DNA of 64,000 bases, taken from NCBI GenBank assembly GCA_963717705.1, contig CAVQWT010000006.1:153465-217464 (forward strand), given 5' to 3'. The position numbers and the translations under genes are program-made. This document shows positions 25,085-39,050 of this stretch, piece by piece (the stretch's first letter is position 1; each line of letters begins with the position of its first letter). The notes under the pieces are model-generated. The model searched no databases and had not been told where the DNA came from. It saw nothing but the letters and a program-made list of their open reading frames with translations. The stretch comes from an uncultured beta proteobacterium (GTDB lineage Bacteria; Pseudomonadota; Gammaproteobacteria; Burkholderiales; Casimicrobiaceae).

Positions 25085-26803
25085 ATGGCGGCCGGCGCCG
25101 AACGCATCCCCGACCGCGGCTTGCTCGTCCAGGCGGTGCGGCTGCACCAGGCCGGCCGTCTGCAGGAGGCCGAGGACGCGTACGCGCGCTACCTTTCCGC
25201 GCACCCGGACGTCCCGACGGCGCTGAACAATGCCGCGACGCTGGCGCTGGCGATGAACCGCGCACCGCTGGCGGTCGCGCGCCTGGAGCGGGCGGTGGCG
25301 GTCGACCCCGACGGCGTCGTCGGACGCCACAACCTCGGCTTCGCGCTGATCCGCGCGGGCCGGCCGCTCGACGCGATGTTCCACCTCGAGCGCGCGGTCG
25401 CGCGCGACCCCGGCTATGCCAGCGCCTGGAACAACCTGGGGATCGCGCTGGCGCATGCGGGCAACCGGCCCGAGGCGATCCGCGCGTTCGAGCGGGCGCT
25501 GTCGCTCGATGCCGGCTTCGCCGACGCGGCGGTGAACCTCGGCGACATGCACAATCGTTCCGGCGACCCGGCGCGCGCCCGCGCGTCGTTCGAGCGCGCG
25601 CTGGCGGCGCGGCCGGACCACCCCGGCGCCATCGTCGGGGTCTCGTTCGCGCAGGCGCTCGAAGGCGAGCTCCAGCCGGCGCTGGAGGCGATGGAGCAGC
25701 GCGCCCGGCCGGCCCCCCGCTTCGCGCCGTTCTGGCAGACGCTGGGAGCGCTGCGGCACTGGTCGGGCGACCTCGACCGCGCCGAGGACGCGTACAAGCA
25801 GGCGTCGGCGCTCGACCCGGCCGACTTCGACGCCAAGTTCGGCGTCGCCAGCACGCTGCTCGGCCGTGGCGACTATCCGCGCGGCCTGCGCGCGTTCGAG
25901 GAGCGTCCCGACGGCCGCCACGGTCCCGCGCGGCGGTTTCCGGCGCTGCCGGTATGGGGTGGCGCAAGAGTCGACGGCACGCTGCTCGTGTTCTGCGAGC
26001 AGGGCCTGGGGGACGTCGTGCAGTTCGCGCGGTTCGTGCCGGCGGCCCGCGAGCGGGTCGGCGGGCTCGTTTTCGTCGTCGACGGCTACTGGCGGCCGCT
26101 CGCGCCGCTGCTCGCCTCGCTGGCCGGCGTCGACCACCTGCTGAAAGACGCCGTGGCGGTCGAGGCGCTCGAACGCGCGCCGGCGGCGCGCACCTCGGTC
26201 CTCTCGCTCGCGTACCTGCTCGACGTCGTTCCGGATCGCCTTCCCGGTCCGATCCCGTATCTGGCGGCGCCGGCCGATCGCGTCGGGACCTGGGCGCCTC
26301 GCGTCGCCGCGCTGCCCGGACTCAAGGTCGGCCTCGCGTGGTCGGCGCTCCATCGCGGCGACCACGGCTACCTCACCCGGCACAAGTCGGTGCCGGTCGC
26401 GGCGCTGGCGCCGCTCGTCGCCCGGTCCGGCGCGTCCTTCGTCAGCCTGCAGCCGGGCGCGGCCGGCGACCGGACGCCGCTGGGCGCGCTGGCGGACCGC
26501 ATCGCCGACTGGACGCCGGAGTTCCGCGATTTCGGCGACACCGCCGCGATCATCGCGGCGCTCGACCTCGTGATCACGACCGACACCGCGGTCGCCCACG
26601 TCGCCGGCGCGCTGGGCAAGCCGGTCTGGCTGCTCGACCGCTACAATGCCTGCTGGCGCTGGCGCCTCGATCCGGTGCGCTCGCCCTGGTACCCGACGCT
26701 GACGATCTTCCGCCAGGATGCATTCCTCGACTGGACCGGACCGCTTGCCGCCGTCGAGGCCGAGTTGGCGCGAGTGGTCTCCGGCGCCCGCGCGTTGCCC
26801 TGA
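25085..26803 (+). CDS. TPR-repeat protein with C-terminal GT9-like (heptosyltransferase-fold) domain
   Basis: ATG at 25085, 572 aa. N-terminal half is TPR repeats (AWNNLGIAL...). C-terminal half resembles glycosyltransferase family 9 ([35 protein letters not shown]). Confidence 0.75.
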   Translation: MAAGAERIPDRGLLVQAVRLHQAGRLQEAEDAYARYLSAHPDVPTALNNAATLALAMNRAPLAVARLERAVAVDPDGVVGRHNLGFALIRAGRPLDAMFHLERAVARDPGYASAWNNLGIALAHAGNRPEAIRAFERALSLDAGFADAAVNLGDMHNRSGDPARARASFERALAARPDHPGAIVGVSFAQALEGELQPALEAMEQRARPAPRFAPFWQTLGALRHWSGDLDRAEDAYKQASALDPADFDAKFGVASTLLGRGDYPRGLRAFEERPDGRHGPARRFPALPVWGGARVDGTLLVFCEQGLGDVVQFARFVPAARERVGGLVFVVDGYWRPLAPLLASLAGVDHLLKDAVAVEALERAPAARTSVLSLAYLLDVVPDRLPGPIPYLAAPADRVGTWAPRVAALPGLKVGLAWSALHRGDHGYLTRHKSVPVAALAPLVARSGASFVSLQPGAAGDRTPLGALADRIADWTPEFRDFGDTAAIIAALDLVITTDTAVAHVAGALGKPVWLLDRYNACWRWRLDPVRSPWYPTLTIFRQDAFLDWTGPLAAVEAELARVVSGARALP

Positions 26804-26900
26804 GGTATTCTCGGGCGCCCGACGTTCCGCCCTGCTCCACCCGTTTCCACGTCGCCGCCCCGCGCGGCGCGCCACCCCTCCACCACGCCCGGAAACCGCC

Positions 26901-27386
26901 ATGCCCTCATTCGACATCGTCTCCGAAGTCAATCAGGTCGAAGTGCGCAACGCCCTCGACCAGGCCAACAAGGAAATCAGCACCCGCTTCGACTTCAAGG
27001 GCTCGGACTCGCGCGTCGAGTACGATGGCAAGGCGCTTACGCTGTACGCCGACGACGAGTTCAAGCTTGGCCAGGTGATGGACGTCCTCAGCGCCAAGTT
27101 CGCCAAGCGGCAGGTCGACAGCCGCTCGCTCAAGGACGGCGACATCGAGAAGATCTCGGGCAACAAGGTGAAGCGCGTCGTCACCGTGCGCACCGGGGTC
27201 GACCAGGAAACGGCCAAGAAGATCGTCAAGCTGCTGAAGGAGAGCAAGATCAAGGTGCAGGGCTCGATCCAGGGCGAATCGGTGCGCGTTTCCGGCGCCA
27301 AGCGCGACGACCTGCAGGCGGCGATCGCGCTGGTGAAGGGCGCCATCACCGACTACCCGCTGCAATACGAGAACTTCCGCGATTGA
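26901..27386 (+). CDS. yajQ: YajQ-family nucleotide / cyclic-di-GMP-binding protein
   Basis: 161 aa. [35 protein letters not shown]. Confidence 0.92.
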   Translation: MPSFDIVSEVNQVEVRNALDQANKEISTRFDFKGSDSRVEYDGKALTLYADDEFKLGQVMDVLSAKFAKRQVDSRSLKDGDIEKISGNKVKRVVTVRTGVDQETAKKIVKLLKESKIKVQGSIQGESVRVSGAKRDDLQAAIALVKGAITDYPLQYENFRD

Positions 27387-27952
27387 GCGCGCCCACGGCC
27401 CTGGCGGCGGTGATCGCGACGCCGCGACTCGATCTCGAGCCCCTTCGCCTCGCGCACGCCGAAACCTGCTACCCCTCGTTCGCCGACCCGTCGCTCTACC
27501 GCTACATCGACCTGCCGATGCCCGCGGACGCGTCGGAACTGCGCGAGCGCTTCGCGGGCTGGCGCCGGGGCAGCGGCAACCCCGACGAGGTCTGGCTCAA
27601 CTGGATCGCGTTCGAGCGCGGGTCGGGTCGCGCCGCGGGCTGGTTCCAGGCGACGGTGCAGGCCGCGGACGGCAAGGCCTGCATCGCCTACCTCGTCTTC
27701 GGGTCGTTCCAGCGACGCGGTGTCGCGAGCGAAGCGGTGCGGGCGCTGGCCGGGCGGCTGTTCGCCGCCACCGAGGTGACGCTGATCGTCGCGCAGACCG
27801 ACGAGCGCAACGAGGCGTCGCGGCGAGCGGCCTTGGCCGCGGGCTTCGTCGCGGACCCGCAGCCTTTCGCTTCGACGCTGCGCGGCGAGCCGTCGACCGA
27901 TCGCGTCTATCGGCTGGTCCGGCCGGCAGCGGCGGGCGCCCCCGCCGGCTGA
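27383..27952 (+). CDS. GNAT-family N-acetyltransferase
   Basis: 189 aa. The TTG start overlaps the yajQ stop. Acetyl-CoA-binding pattern Q..GV..EA..AL and typical RimJ/RimL-like layout. The start codon is uncertain. Confidence 0.7.
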   Translation: MSAPTALAAVIATPRLDLEPLRLAHAETCYPSFADPSLYRYIDLPMPADASELRERFAGWRRGSGNPDEVWLNWIAFERGSGRAAGWFQATVQAADGKACIAYLVFGSFQRRGVASEAVRALAGRLFAATEVTLIVAQTDERNEASRRAALAAGFVADPQPFASTLRGEPSTDRVYRLVRPAAAGAPAG

Positions 27953-27992
27953 CGTTGAGCGGGTCGCGGCGCGGTCGCCGGACCCCGGCGGC

Positions 27993-28577
27993 TCAGCCGA
28001 AGTCGGCGGCGAGCGCCGCGCGAGACTCGGCGCCAAGCGCGGGAATGGCCGCGGCGTAGTTCGGGTGATCGACCCCGATGCCCAGCCCCACGCCGTACTT
28101 CAGCGCCGCGATCATCTCCGGGCTGAACTCGAAGCGCAGGAAGTGGACCGCCGAGGTCTTCTCGGCGTTCTCGCGCTCGAGGTCCTCGTCGGCGATCGCG
28201 TGGACCTTCGGGCAGCCCTCGACCTGGACCCAGACGCGGTCCTCGATGCCCTTGAGCCGGCCCAGCGCGACGCGGCGCTCGTCGACGTCCTCGTACTCGA
28301 TCAGCATCGTCGCCTTGAGGTTGGTGCCGTCCGGAACCAGCGGGTTGTAGGCGTCGAGCTCGTCCTGGATGCCCGCATCCTCGAAGGTCTTCTCGATGCG
28401 CAGCATTTCCTGGATCTGGTAGCGCAGCGTCAGCTCGTCCTCGAACACCAGCGTCAGGTGCTCGCCGAGGTGAATCGTGCGCGGCTTCTTGTGCGCGAGC
28501 ACCTTCGCGCGGAATTCCTTGCGGGCCCTGGCGTAGGCCTCGAGCGTCAGCAGCGATTCACGCGTGATGCGCGGCAT
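27993..28577 (-). CDS. DUF3501-family protein
   Basis: ATG at 28577 after GGGAGG, 194 aa (MPRITRESLLTLEAYARARKEFRAKVLAHKK...). Matches my memory of the family found beside rubrerythrin and HdrD-like genes. Confidence 0.75.
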   Translation of the reverse strand: MPRITRESLLTLEAYARARKEFRAKVLAHKKPRTIHLGEHLTLVFEDELTLRYQIQEMLRIEKTFEDAGIQDELDAYNPLVPDGTNLKATMLIEYEDVDERRVALGRLKGIEDRVWVQVEGCPKVHAIADEDLERENAEKTSAVHFLRFEFSPEMIAALKYGVGLGIGVDHPNYAAAIPALGAESRAALAADFG

Positions 28578-28691
28578 GCGCGCCTCCCTGGTCGTCGATG
28601 TCATGCGATTCTCCGTGTCGTGGTCCCGCCGGTTCGAGCGCGAGCGGGTGCGCCGGGTTCCGCGGCGCGCATGGACAGCGCGCGGCGGGGG

Positions 28692-30032
28692 TCATTCGAT
28701 GCCGTACGCCATCCGGATCAGCGTCAACGGGTGCGCCCTCGGCGGCTCGGCGGCACCCGACTCGGCGATCCCCTGCTGGATGCGCCGGCCCGCGATCGGG
28801 CAGTCGGAGCTGACGAACTGGGGCTCCTCCTGCGCCATCTGCCTGAACACCGGCTTGCCGATCTTCATCGAAGCGTCGATGAACTCGCTCTTCACGCCGT
28901 AGGTGCCGTCGTGACCCGCGCAGCGCTCGACCGTGTTGACCGTGGTGTCCGGCACCCATTCGAGCACCTCGCGCGTCTTCTGGCCGACGTTCTGGACGCG
29001 CGAGTGGCACGGGATGTGGTAGCTGACCTTGCCCAGCGGCCGCTTGAAGTCCTTCTTGAGCAGGCCGTCGCGATCGCGCAGCACGAGGTACTCGAACGGA
29101 TCGAACATCGCCTCGCGGACCGCCTTCACGTCGGCGTCGTCGGGGTACATCAGCGGCAGTTCCTGCTTGAACATCAGCGTGCACGAAGGCACCGAGGACA
29201 TGATCGCGTAACCGTCGCGCGCAAGCGCCGCCATGGCCGGGATGTTGACGTTCTTGAGACGGTCGACCGCCTCGAAGTCGCCCAGCTCGAGCTTGGGCAT
29301 GCCGCAGCACGCCTCCTTCTCGACCAGGCGGTAGGAAATCTCGTTGTGGTCGAGGATAGCCAGCAGATCGTGGCCGATCCCCGGCTCGTTGTAGTTGATG
29401 TAGCAGGTCGAGAACACGACGACCTTGCCCGGCGTGCGCTCGCCGTCGCGCACCGGCCAGGCGACCGAAGCGGCAGCGGTCTTGCGGAAGTTCTTCGCGT
29501 CGTACGGAGGCAGCCGGGTCTGCGCCGCCACGCCCAGCACCTTGTCCATGACCGCGCGGGTCGCCGGCGTGCGGTTCGCCCAGTTCACCGCCTGCACGAC
29601 GACGGGAATCGTCGCCAGCTTGCCGACCGCGTCGGTGCTGGTGAGCAGCCGGTCGCGCACACGGGCGCCGTGCTGCCTGTACTTCACCGCCTTGGCGCGA
29701 AGCATCAGGTGCGGGAAATCGAGGTTCCACGGATGCGGCGGTACGTACGGGCACTTCGTCATGTAGCAGACGTCGCACAGGTAGCACTGGTCGACGACCT
29801 TCCAGTAATCGTCCTTCGCGACCCCGTCCACTTCCATCGTCTTGCTCTCGTCGACGAGATCGAACAGCGTCGGGAACGACTGGCACAGGCTCACGCAGCG
29901 CCGGCAGCCGTGACAGATGTCGAAGACGCGCTCCATCTCCTTGAACAGCGCTTCGCTGTCGTAGAACTCGGGATTGCGCCAGTCGATCGGGTGGCGCGTG
30001 GGCGCTTCGAGGCTGCCTTCGCGGACGGTCAT
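28692..30032 (-). CDS. heterodisulfide-reductase-related (HdrD/GlpC-like) Fe-S protein with CCG domains
   Basis: 446 aa. Two ferredoxin-type clusters (CHGCRRCVSLC, CYLCDVCYMTKCP) and Cys-rich CCG-type motifs (ACCGMP, CPIAG). Confidence 0.85.
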   Translation of the reverse strand: MTVREGSLEAPTRHPIDWRNPEFYDSEALFKEMERVFDICHGCRRCVSLCQSFPTLFDLVDESKTMEVDGVAKDDYWKVVDQCYLCDVCYMTKCPYVPPHPWNLDFPHLMLRAKAVKYRQHGARVRDRLLTSTDAVGKLATIPVVVQAVNWANRTPATRAVMDKVLGVAAQTRLPPYDAKNFRKTAAASVAWPVRDGERTPGKVVVFSTCYINYNEPGIGHDLLAILDHNEISYRLVEKEACCGMPKLELGDFEAVDRLKNVNIPAMAALARDGYAIMSSVPSCTLMFKQELPLMYPDDADVKAVREAMFDPFEYLVLRDRDGLLKKDFKRPLGKVSYHIPCHSRVQNVGQKTREVLEWVPDTTVNTVERCAGHDGTYGVKSEFIDASMKIGKPVFRQMAQEEPQFVSSDCPIAGRRIQQGIAESGAAEPPRAHPLTLIRMAYGIE

Positions 30033-30165
30033 CGTGGACTCGATGGATGAGGATGGTGCAACGGCGGACCCGACGCCACGGCAGCGGTTCGCCGCCGTGG
30101 TTCAGGCACTTCCGCCAGATCGGGCGGCGCCGGCGGTGCCGGCGTCCGCTCCGGCCGGCGGCGAC

Positions 30166-30588
30166 TCAGTCCGTGAGCGCGTCGAGCGCCTTCTGGAACC
30201 GGTTGGCGTGCGAGCGTTCGGCCTTCGCCAGCGTCTCGAACCAGTCGGCGATTTCCTCGAAGCCTTCGTCGCGCGCGGACTTGGACATGCCCGGGTACAT
30301 GTCGGTGTACTCGTGCGTCTCTCCGGCGACCGCCGCCTTCAGGTTCTGCCGCGAACTGCCGATCGGCAGGTCCGTCGCCGGGTCGCCGACCTGCGCCAGG
30401 TAGTCGAGGTGGCCGTGCGCGTGGCCGGTCTCGCCTTCGGCCGTCGAGCGGAAAAGCGCCGCGACGTCGTTCTGGCCTTCGACGTCGGCCTTGTTCGCGA
30501 AGTACAGGTAACGGCGGTTCGCCTGCGACTCGCCGGCGAACGCGGCCTTCAGGTTGTCGTGCGTCTTGGTGCCTTTGAGGCTCTTCAT
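30166..30588 (-). CDS. rubrerythrin-family diiron protein (ferritin-like domain only)
   Basis: ATG at 30588 after AGGAG, 140 aa. MKSLKGTKTHDNLKAAFAGESQANRRY with E..H diiron motifs (EGETGHAH, AGETHEY). No rubredoxin domain. Confidence 0.88.
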   Translation of the reverse strand: MKSLKGTKTHDNLKAAFAGESQANRRYLYFANKADVEGQNDVAALFRSTAEGETGHAHGHLDYLAQVGDPATDLPIGSSRQNLKAAVAGETHEYTDMYPGMSKSARDEGFEEIADWFETLAKAERSHANRFQKALDALTD

Positions 30589-30805
30589 CGTGCATCTCCT
30601 CTCGAGGTGACCGCGTCGGCCACACCGTGCCGCCGGCGCGAAAGCTGTGACCGCCGGAAACCGCTTGCTCCCGACGATGACTGATTGTGCGCGCCGCGCG
30701 GGGGCCCCGTCCAATTGACTGTGCCAATGCGGACGATAACCTGCGCTAATGCCTGGGACTCCCCGGGCTGCCCGCTCGGGCACCCCTGCGGCGCCGCGAC
30801 GCAGC

Positions 30806-32407
<1,602 letters not shown>

Positions 32408-32719
32408 CGTCGGGTCCTTGTGCGTGGGATTGGCGGGTGTCGCGGCCGCGGAATGCCGCCGGGGCGCAAATGGGATTTCGTGAAATCGGTGGAATGTGAA
32501 AGTCGTTTTCAGATTCGCATTTTACCCCGAAACGACGGCTGCGCACACGCCTCGCGGCGGCATCGATCCTTCGGCCCCCCCCCGGGGTACGACCCGTGCG
32601 CAAATTATTTTGTCGCAATCCATTGCGCGACGGAGCTCGAAGGCGAACAATGACATTGTCATAGCGGTTGGCTTCCCGCCGGCCGATCGCCCGGTCCCCC
32701 ACCATCTGTAGGAGTCGCC

Positions 32720-33373
32720 ATGTTCAGCCTACGCCGCAACGACCGAACCGCCGAAGCGAAGGCCCCGCTGAAGCCCGCAATCTACGAACCCCCGGGAGTT
32801 CCGGCGCCAACCGCCGCGGGAGCGACGACACCTGACTCGCTGCTGACCCTGCCGCGCGACACTCCGCCGCGCCCACCCGGTGCCGCGCGCAGCGAGCCGC
32901 AGGCCCCGACCGTCGCGGCGGAGCCAGCCGCCGCGCCGATTCCGCCGCCGCCGCCGCAGCCACAGGCGGCGGGCAGCAAGCTGTCCATCGGCGTCAACAT
33001 CAAGCTCAAGGGTGTCGAAATCTCCGACTGCGACGTCATGGTGATCGAGGGTCACGTCGAGGCAACCGTGCACAGCCACGTGATGGAGATCGCCAAGCCG
33101 GGAACGCTGAAGGGCACGGCGATGATCGACGTCGCCGAGATTCACGGCGACTTCTCCGGCGAACTCACCGCCCGCACGCGACTCGTCGTCCATGCCACCG
33201 GCCGCGTGTCCGGCACCATCCGCTACGGCAAGCTGATCGTCGCCGAGGGCGGCGAGCTCAACGGCGACGTCAAGCGGCTGGATGCGGCGGACACCTCGAC
33301 GCATCCGACGCGCGATGCGGCCCCCGGCGCGCCGTTCGTCCTGGGGACGCCCGACGAGCGCGGAGCGCGTTGA
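32720..33373 (+). CDS. bactofilin-family cytoskeletal protein with Pro-rich N-terminus
   Basis: 217 aa, GGAG before the ATG. C-terminal beta-helical repeat pattern (KLKGVEISDCDVMVIEGHVEATV...GTIRYGKLIVAEGGELNGDV). Confidence 0.8.
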   Translation: MFSLRRNDRTAEAKAPLKPAIYEPPGVPAPTAAGATTPDSLLTLPRDTPPRPPGAARSEPQAPTVAAEPAAAPIPPPPPQPQAAGSKLSIGVNIKLKGVEISDCDVMVIEGHVEATVHSHVMEIAKPGTLKGTAMIDVAEIHGDFSGELTARTRLVVHATGRVSGTIRYGKLIVAEGGELNGDVKRLDAADTSTHPTRDAAPGAPFVLGTPDERGAR

Positions 33374-33502
33374 GCGGGCCGCGGGCCGGCGCTTCATGCC
33401 GCGCACGGTCCGCAGCCGCAATCCCCGGTGTCAGCCTCGCCGGGACCCCCCGGGTCCTCGGATGAGCTTGGCCCTCACCGGCGTTCTCCGCCCGTTACCG
33501 CG

Positions 33503-35287
<1,785 letters not shown>

Positions 35288-35317
35288 TCAGGGTACGGCT
35301 CGAATTGGGGGGGTGGT

Positions 35318-35416
35318 TTATGTGCGCGCGGGGCGCAGCAGAAGCAGCAGCAGGCCGCCCGAGAGGGAGGTCGGCGCGAGGAGCGCAGAGCGGCCGGAGG
35401 TGCGATCGCAACTCAT
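35318..35416 (-). promoter_or_regulatory. candidate leucine leader peptide ORF upstream of leuA
   Basis: My translation of the minus strand is MSCDRTSGRSALLAPTSLSGGLLLLLLRPART*. It has six consecutive Leu codons (CTG CTG CTG CTT CTG CTG) and lies in the pssA-leuA intergenic region. A TATAGT sits 6 nt before the ATG. Confidence 0.5.
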
Positions 35417-35557
35417 GGCGGAACTATAACCGCATTTTTCGCGCCGCCGCAAGGGCCCCGGCGCGGCGGGTTCCGGCCGCCCAGTGGCCCATCCGACCGT
35501 CCCGGCCGGGCTCCGCGGCCGGTTTCTGCCGTCGCCCTGGCGTGCGCCGCGCTCGCG

Positions 35558-36328
35558 CTAGGTCGGCGGCGGCTCCGGCACCCGACGCCGCTTCAGCCAC
35601 ATGTACGCCGACCCGACATAGCCGGACAGCGCGTAGACCACGAAGCCGGCGAACAGCACGATCGCCGGCTGGTAGGACAGCAGCGCAAGGAAGATGACGA
35701 TGGCGAAGATCGCGATGAACGGCACGCTCTTCTTGAGGTTGATCGTCTTGAACGAGTAGTACTTGACGTTGCTGACCATCGTCAGGCCGGCGAACAGCGT
35801 GATGCCCCAGGCCCAGCCGCGGACGCTGCCCGGATCGATGACGTAGTCGTCGATGATGTAGACGAAGCCAGCGACCAGCGCCGCCGCCGCGGGGCTCGGC
35901 ATGCCGGTGAACCAGCGCTTGTCGGCGACCTCCAGCATCGTGTTGAAGCGGGCGAGCCGCAGCGCGGCGCCGGCGCAGTAGACGAAGGCGGCGATCCAGC
36001 CGAGCTTGCCCATGCCCTTCAGCGTCCATTCGTAGATGACCAGCGCGGGCGCCGCGCCGAAGCTCACCATGTCGGACAGGCTGTCGTACTCGGCGCCGAA
36101 AGCGCTCTGCGTCCGGGTCAGGCGCGCGACGCGGCCGTCGAGGCTGTCGAGCACCATGGCGACGAAGATCGCGATGGCGGCGTGCTCGAACCGCTGGTTC
36201 ATCGCCTGCACGATGGCGTAGAACCCGGCGAACAGCGCGGCCGTCGTGAACAGGTTGGGCAGCAGGTAGATGCCGCGCCGGCGGATCCGGTTCTTCGCGA
36301 GCGCGCGCTGGGTGTCGAAGTCCGCCAT
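35558..36328 (-). CDS. pssA: CDP-diacylglycerol--serine O-phosphatidyltransferase
   Basis: 256 aa. CDP-alcohol phosphotransferase motif DSLDGRVAR....S.FG.E.DSL.D. Confidence 0.9.
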   Translation of the reverse strand: MADFDTQRALAKNRIRRRGIYLLPNLFTTAALFAGFYAIVQAMNQRFEHAAIAIFVAMVLDSLDGRVARLTRTQSAFGAEYDSLSDMVSFGAAPALVIYEWTLKGMGKLGWIAAFVYCAGAALRLARFNTMLEVADKRWFTGMPSPAAAALVAGFVYIIDDYVIDPGSVRGWAWGITLFAGLTMVSNVKYYSFKTINLKKSVPFIAIFAIVIFLALLSYQPAIVLFAGFVVYALSGYVGSAYMWLKRRRVPEPPPT

Positions 36329-36391
36329 GGTGTCAGCCCCTTTCGCGCATTGCGCCGCTCGCGCCGAGGCCGTCGATGGCGAACGCGCCGA

Positions 36392-37054
36392 TCATCGGGT
36401 CGGCAGCTCGGCGAGGATGGTGGACGTCGCGGCGACCTTGTCGCCGACCGCCACCCGCGGCGTCGATTCCGGCGCCAGGTAGACGTCGACGCGGGAGCCG
36501 AAGCGGATGAAGCCGTAGCGCTGGCCGCGGCCGAGCCTGTCGCCGGTCTTCGCGTAGCAAAGGATGCGCCGCGCAACCAGACCTGCGACCTGCACGCAGG
36601 TCACGTCCTGCCCGGCCACCGTCGCGATGTGCATCGCGTTGCGCTCGTTCTCGAGCGACGCCTTGTCCAGCGCCGCGTTGACGAACGCGCCGGGGTGGTA
36701 CCAGACGTTCATCACGACGCCGTCGACGGGGCTGCGGTTGCTGTGCACGTTGAAGACGTTCATGAACACGCTGATCTTGAGCGCGTCGCGCTCGAGCCAG
36801 GGATCGCGCGCCCGCTCCACCTTGACGATGCGGCCGTCGGCCGGCGACAGCACGGCATTGGCGCCCTGCGGCACGACCCGCGGGGGGTCGCGAAAGAACT
36901 GGACGACGAACAGCACGACCAGCCAGGCCAGCGCCGCGAGGAACCAAAGCCGCCCGAACGAGAGCGCCGCCGCGACGGCCAGGGCCACGGCGATGAACGG
37001 CCAGCCCTCGCGGGCGATGATCGGATGGGGATAGGAGGTCACGTCAGGCAGCAA
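36392..37054 (-). CDS. psd: phosphatidylserine decarboxylase proenzyme (short form)
   Basis: 220 aa. [14 protein letters not shown] and the self-cleavage region FGSRVDVY. The start may be TTG 37054 or GTG 37042. Confidence 0.88.
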   Translation of the reverse strand: MLPDVTSYPHPIIAREGWPFIAVALAVAAALSFGRLWFLAALAWLVVLFVVQFFRDPPRVVPQGANAVLSPADGRIVKVERARDPWLERDALKISVFMNVFNVHSNRSPVDGVVMNVWYHPGAFVNAALDKASLENERNAMHIATVAGQDVTCVQVAGLVARRILCYAKTGDRLGRGQRYGFIRFGSRVDVYLAPESTPRVAVGDKVAATSTILAELPTR

Positions 37055-37180
37055 TATGCACCGATGCTCATTCTAGCATTGGCCCCGCCGCGCGCCCGGA
37101 CCGCGTGGTCGACCGCCGGCGCTGGGATTCGCGGCGCTCCTGGACGCCATCGCGCCGGCCCGCGGCGGTCCCCGCAGCGG

Positions 37181-37480
37181 TCATTTGGCGCCGTCGTCGA
37201 CCTGGCGCGCGCGCTCGGCAGCGCCCTGCAGCACCATGCCCTCGACGGCACGCGCGCGGTCGACGGGGGCCGCGGACGACGGCGTCGCCGACGCCGCCTC
37301 GGCCGCAGGCTGGGCGCCGGGAGGCAGGCGGCCCGCCTCGCCCGTCGGCGCGACCGGCGGCCGCGCGCCGAGGAGTCCCATCTCGCGCAGCACCGTCCTG
37401 CCCAGCAGGGCGACAACCGCAAGCGCGAGCAGGATGACGATCAGCCCGACCCAGCCACGCTGCCGTCGGCCCGTCCGCAT
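37181..37480 (-). CDS. possible small membrane-anchored protein (99 aa)
   Basis: ATG at 37480 after GGTGAGGGG. MRTGRRQRGWVGLIVILLALAVVALLGRTV... then an Ala/Pro-rich region. GC3-rich codons. Lies in the 464-nt ilvC-psd gap. Confidence 0.45.
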   Translation of the reverse strand: MRTGRRQRGWVGLIVILLALAVVALLGRTVLREMGLLGARPPVAPTGEAGRLPPGAQPAAEAASATPSSAAPVDRARAVEGMVLQGAAERARQVDDGAK

Positions 37481-37518
37481 GCCCCTCACCCCGTTGCCGC
37501 CGGCCCCGGCGTCCGCGG

Positions 37519-38556
<1,038 letters not shown>

Positions 38557-39048
38557 TCAGACCCGCAGGATCCGCTCGCCCCGGCCGATCCCCGATGCGC
38601 CAGTGCGCACCGTCTCGAGGATCACGCCGGGCTCGATGGCCTGCAGAAAGGCGTCGAGCTTGCTGCCCGTGCCGGTGAGTTCGATCGTGTAACTCTTGTC
38701 GGTCACGTCGAGGATGCGGCCGCGGAAGATGTCGGCGAGCCGCTTCATCTCGTCGCGGTCCTTCCCCGCCGCACGCACCTTCACCAGCATCAGCTCGCGC
38801 TCGATGTGATTGCCCTCGGTCAGGTCGACCACCTTGACGACCTCGACCAGCTTGTTCAGCTGCTTGGTGATCTGCTCGATGACGTCGTCGGATCCGACGG
38901 TGACGATCGTCATCCGCGACATCGTCGCGTCCTCGGTCGGCGCGACCGTCAGCGACTCGATGTTGTAGCCCCGGGCGGAGAACAGGCCCGAGATGCGCGA
39001 CAGCGCGCCCGCCTCGTTCTCGACCAGTATCGACAGGATGTGCCGCAT
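38557..39048 (-). CDS. ilvH: acetolactate synthase small (regulatory) subunit
   Basis: 163 aa. MRHILSILVENEAGALSRISGLFSARGYNIESL (ACT domain). ATG at 39048. Confidence 0.95.
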   Translation of the reverse strand: MRHILSILVENEAGALSRISGLFSARGYNIESLTVAPTEDATMSRMTIVTVGSDDVIEQITKQLNKLVEVVKVVDLTEGNHIERELMLVKVRAAGKDRDEMKRLADIFRGRILDVTDKSYTIELTGTGSKLDAFLQAIEPGVILETVRTGASGIGRGERILRV

Positions 39049-39050
39049 GG

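Noticed and set aside
30711-30730. Sigma-54-like TGGCAC on the minus strand upstream of the rubrerythrin gene, within an imperfect palindrome ATTGACtgtGCCAAT.
   Set aside because: The downstream element is TTGG rather than TTGC, and the GG-to-GC spacing is off by one. It does not fit the -24/-12 consensus. The palindrome alone is weak evidence (5 of 6 positions match).
33374-33502. Possible bidirectional terminator between the convergent bactofilin and leuA genes (GGGACCC-ccc-GGGTCC).
   Set aside because: The stem is short and no flanking T or A tracts are present, so I do not call it a terminator.
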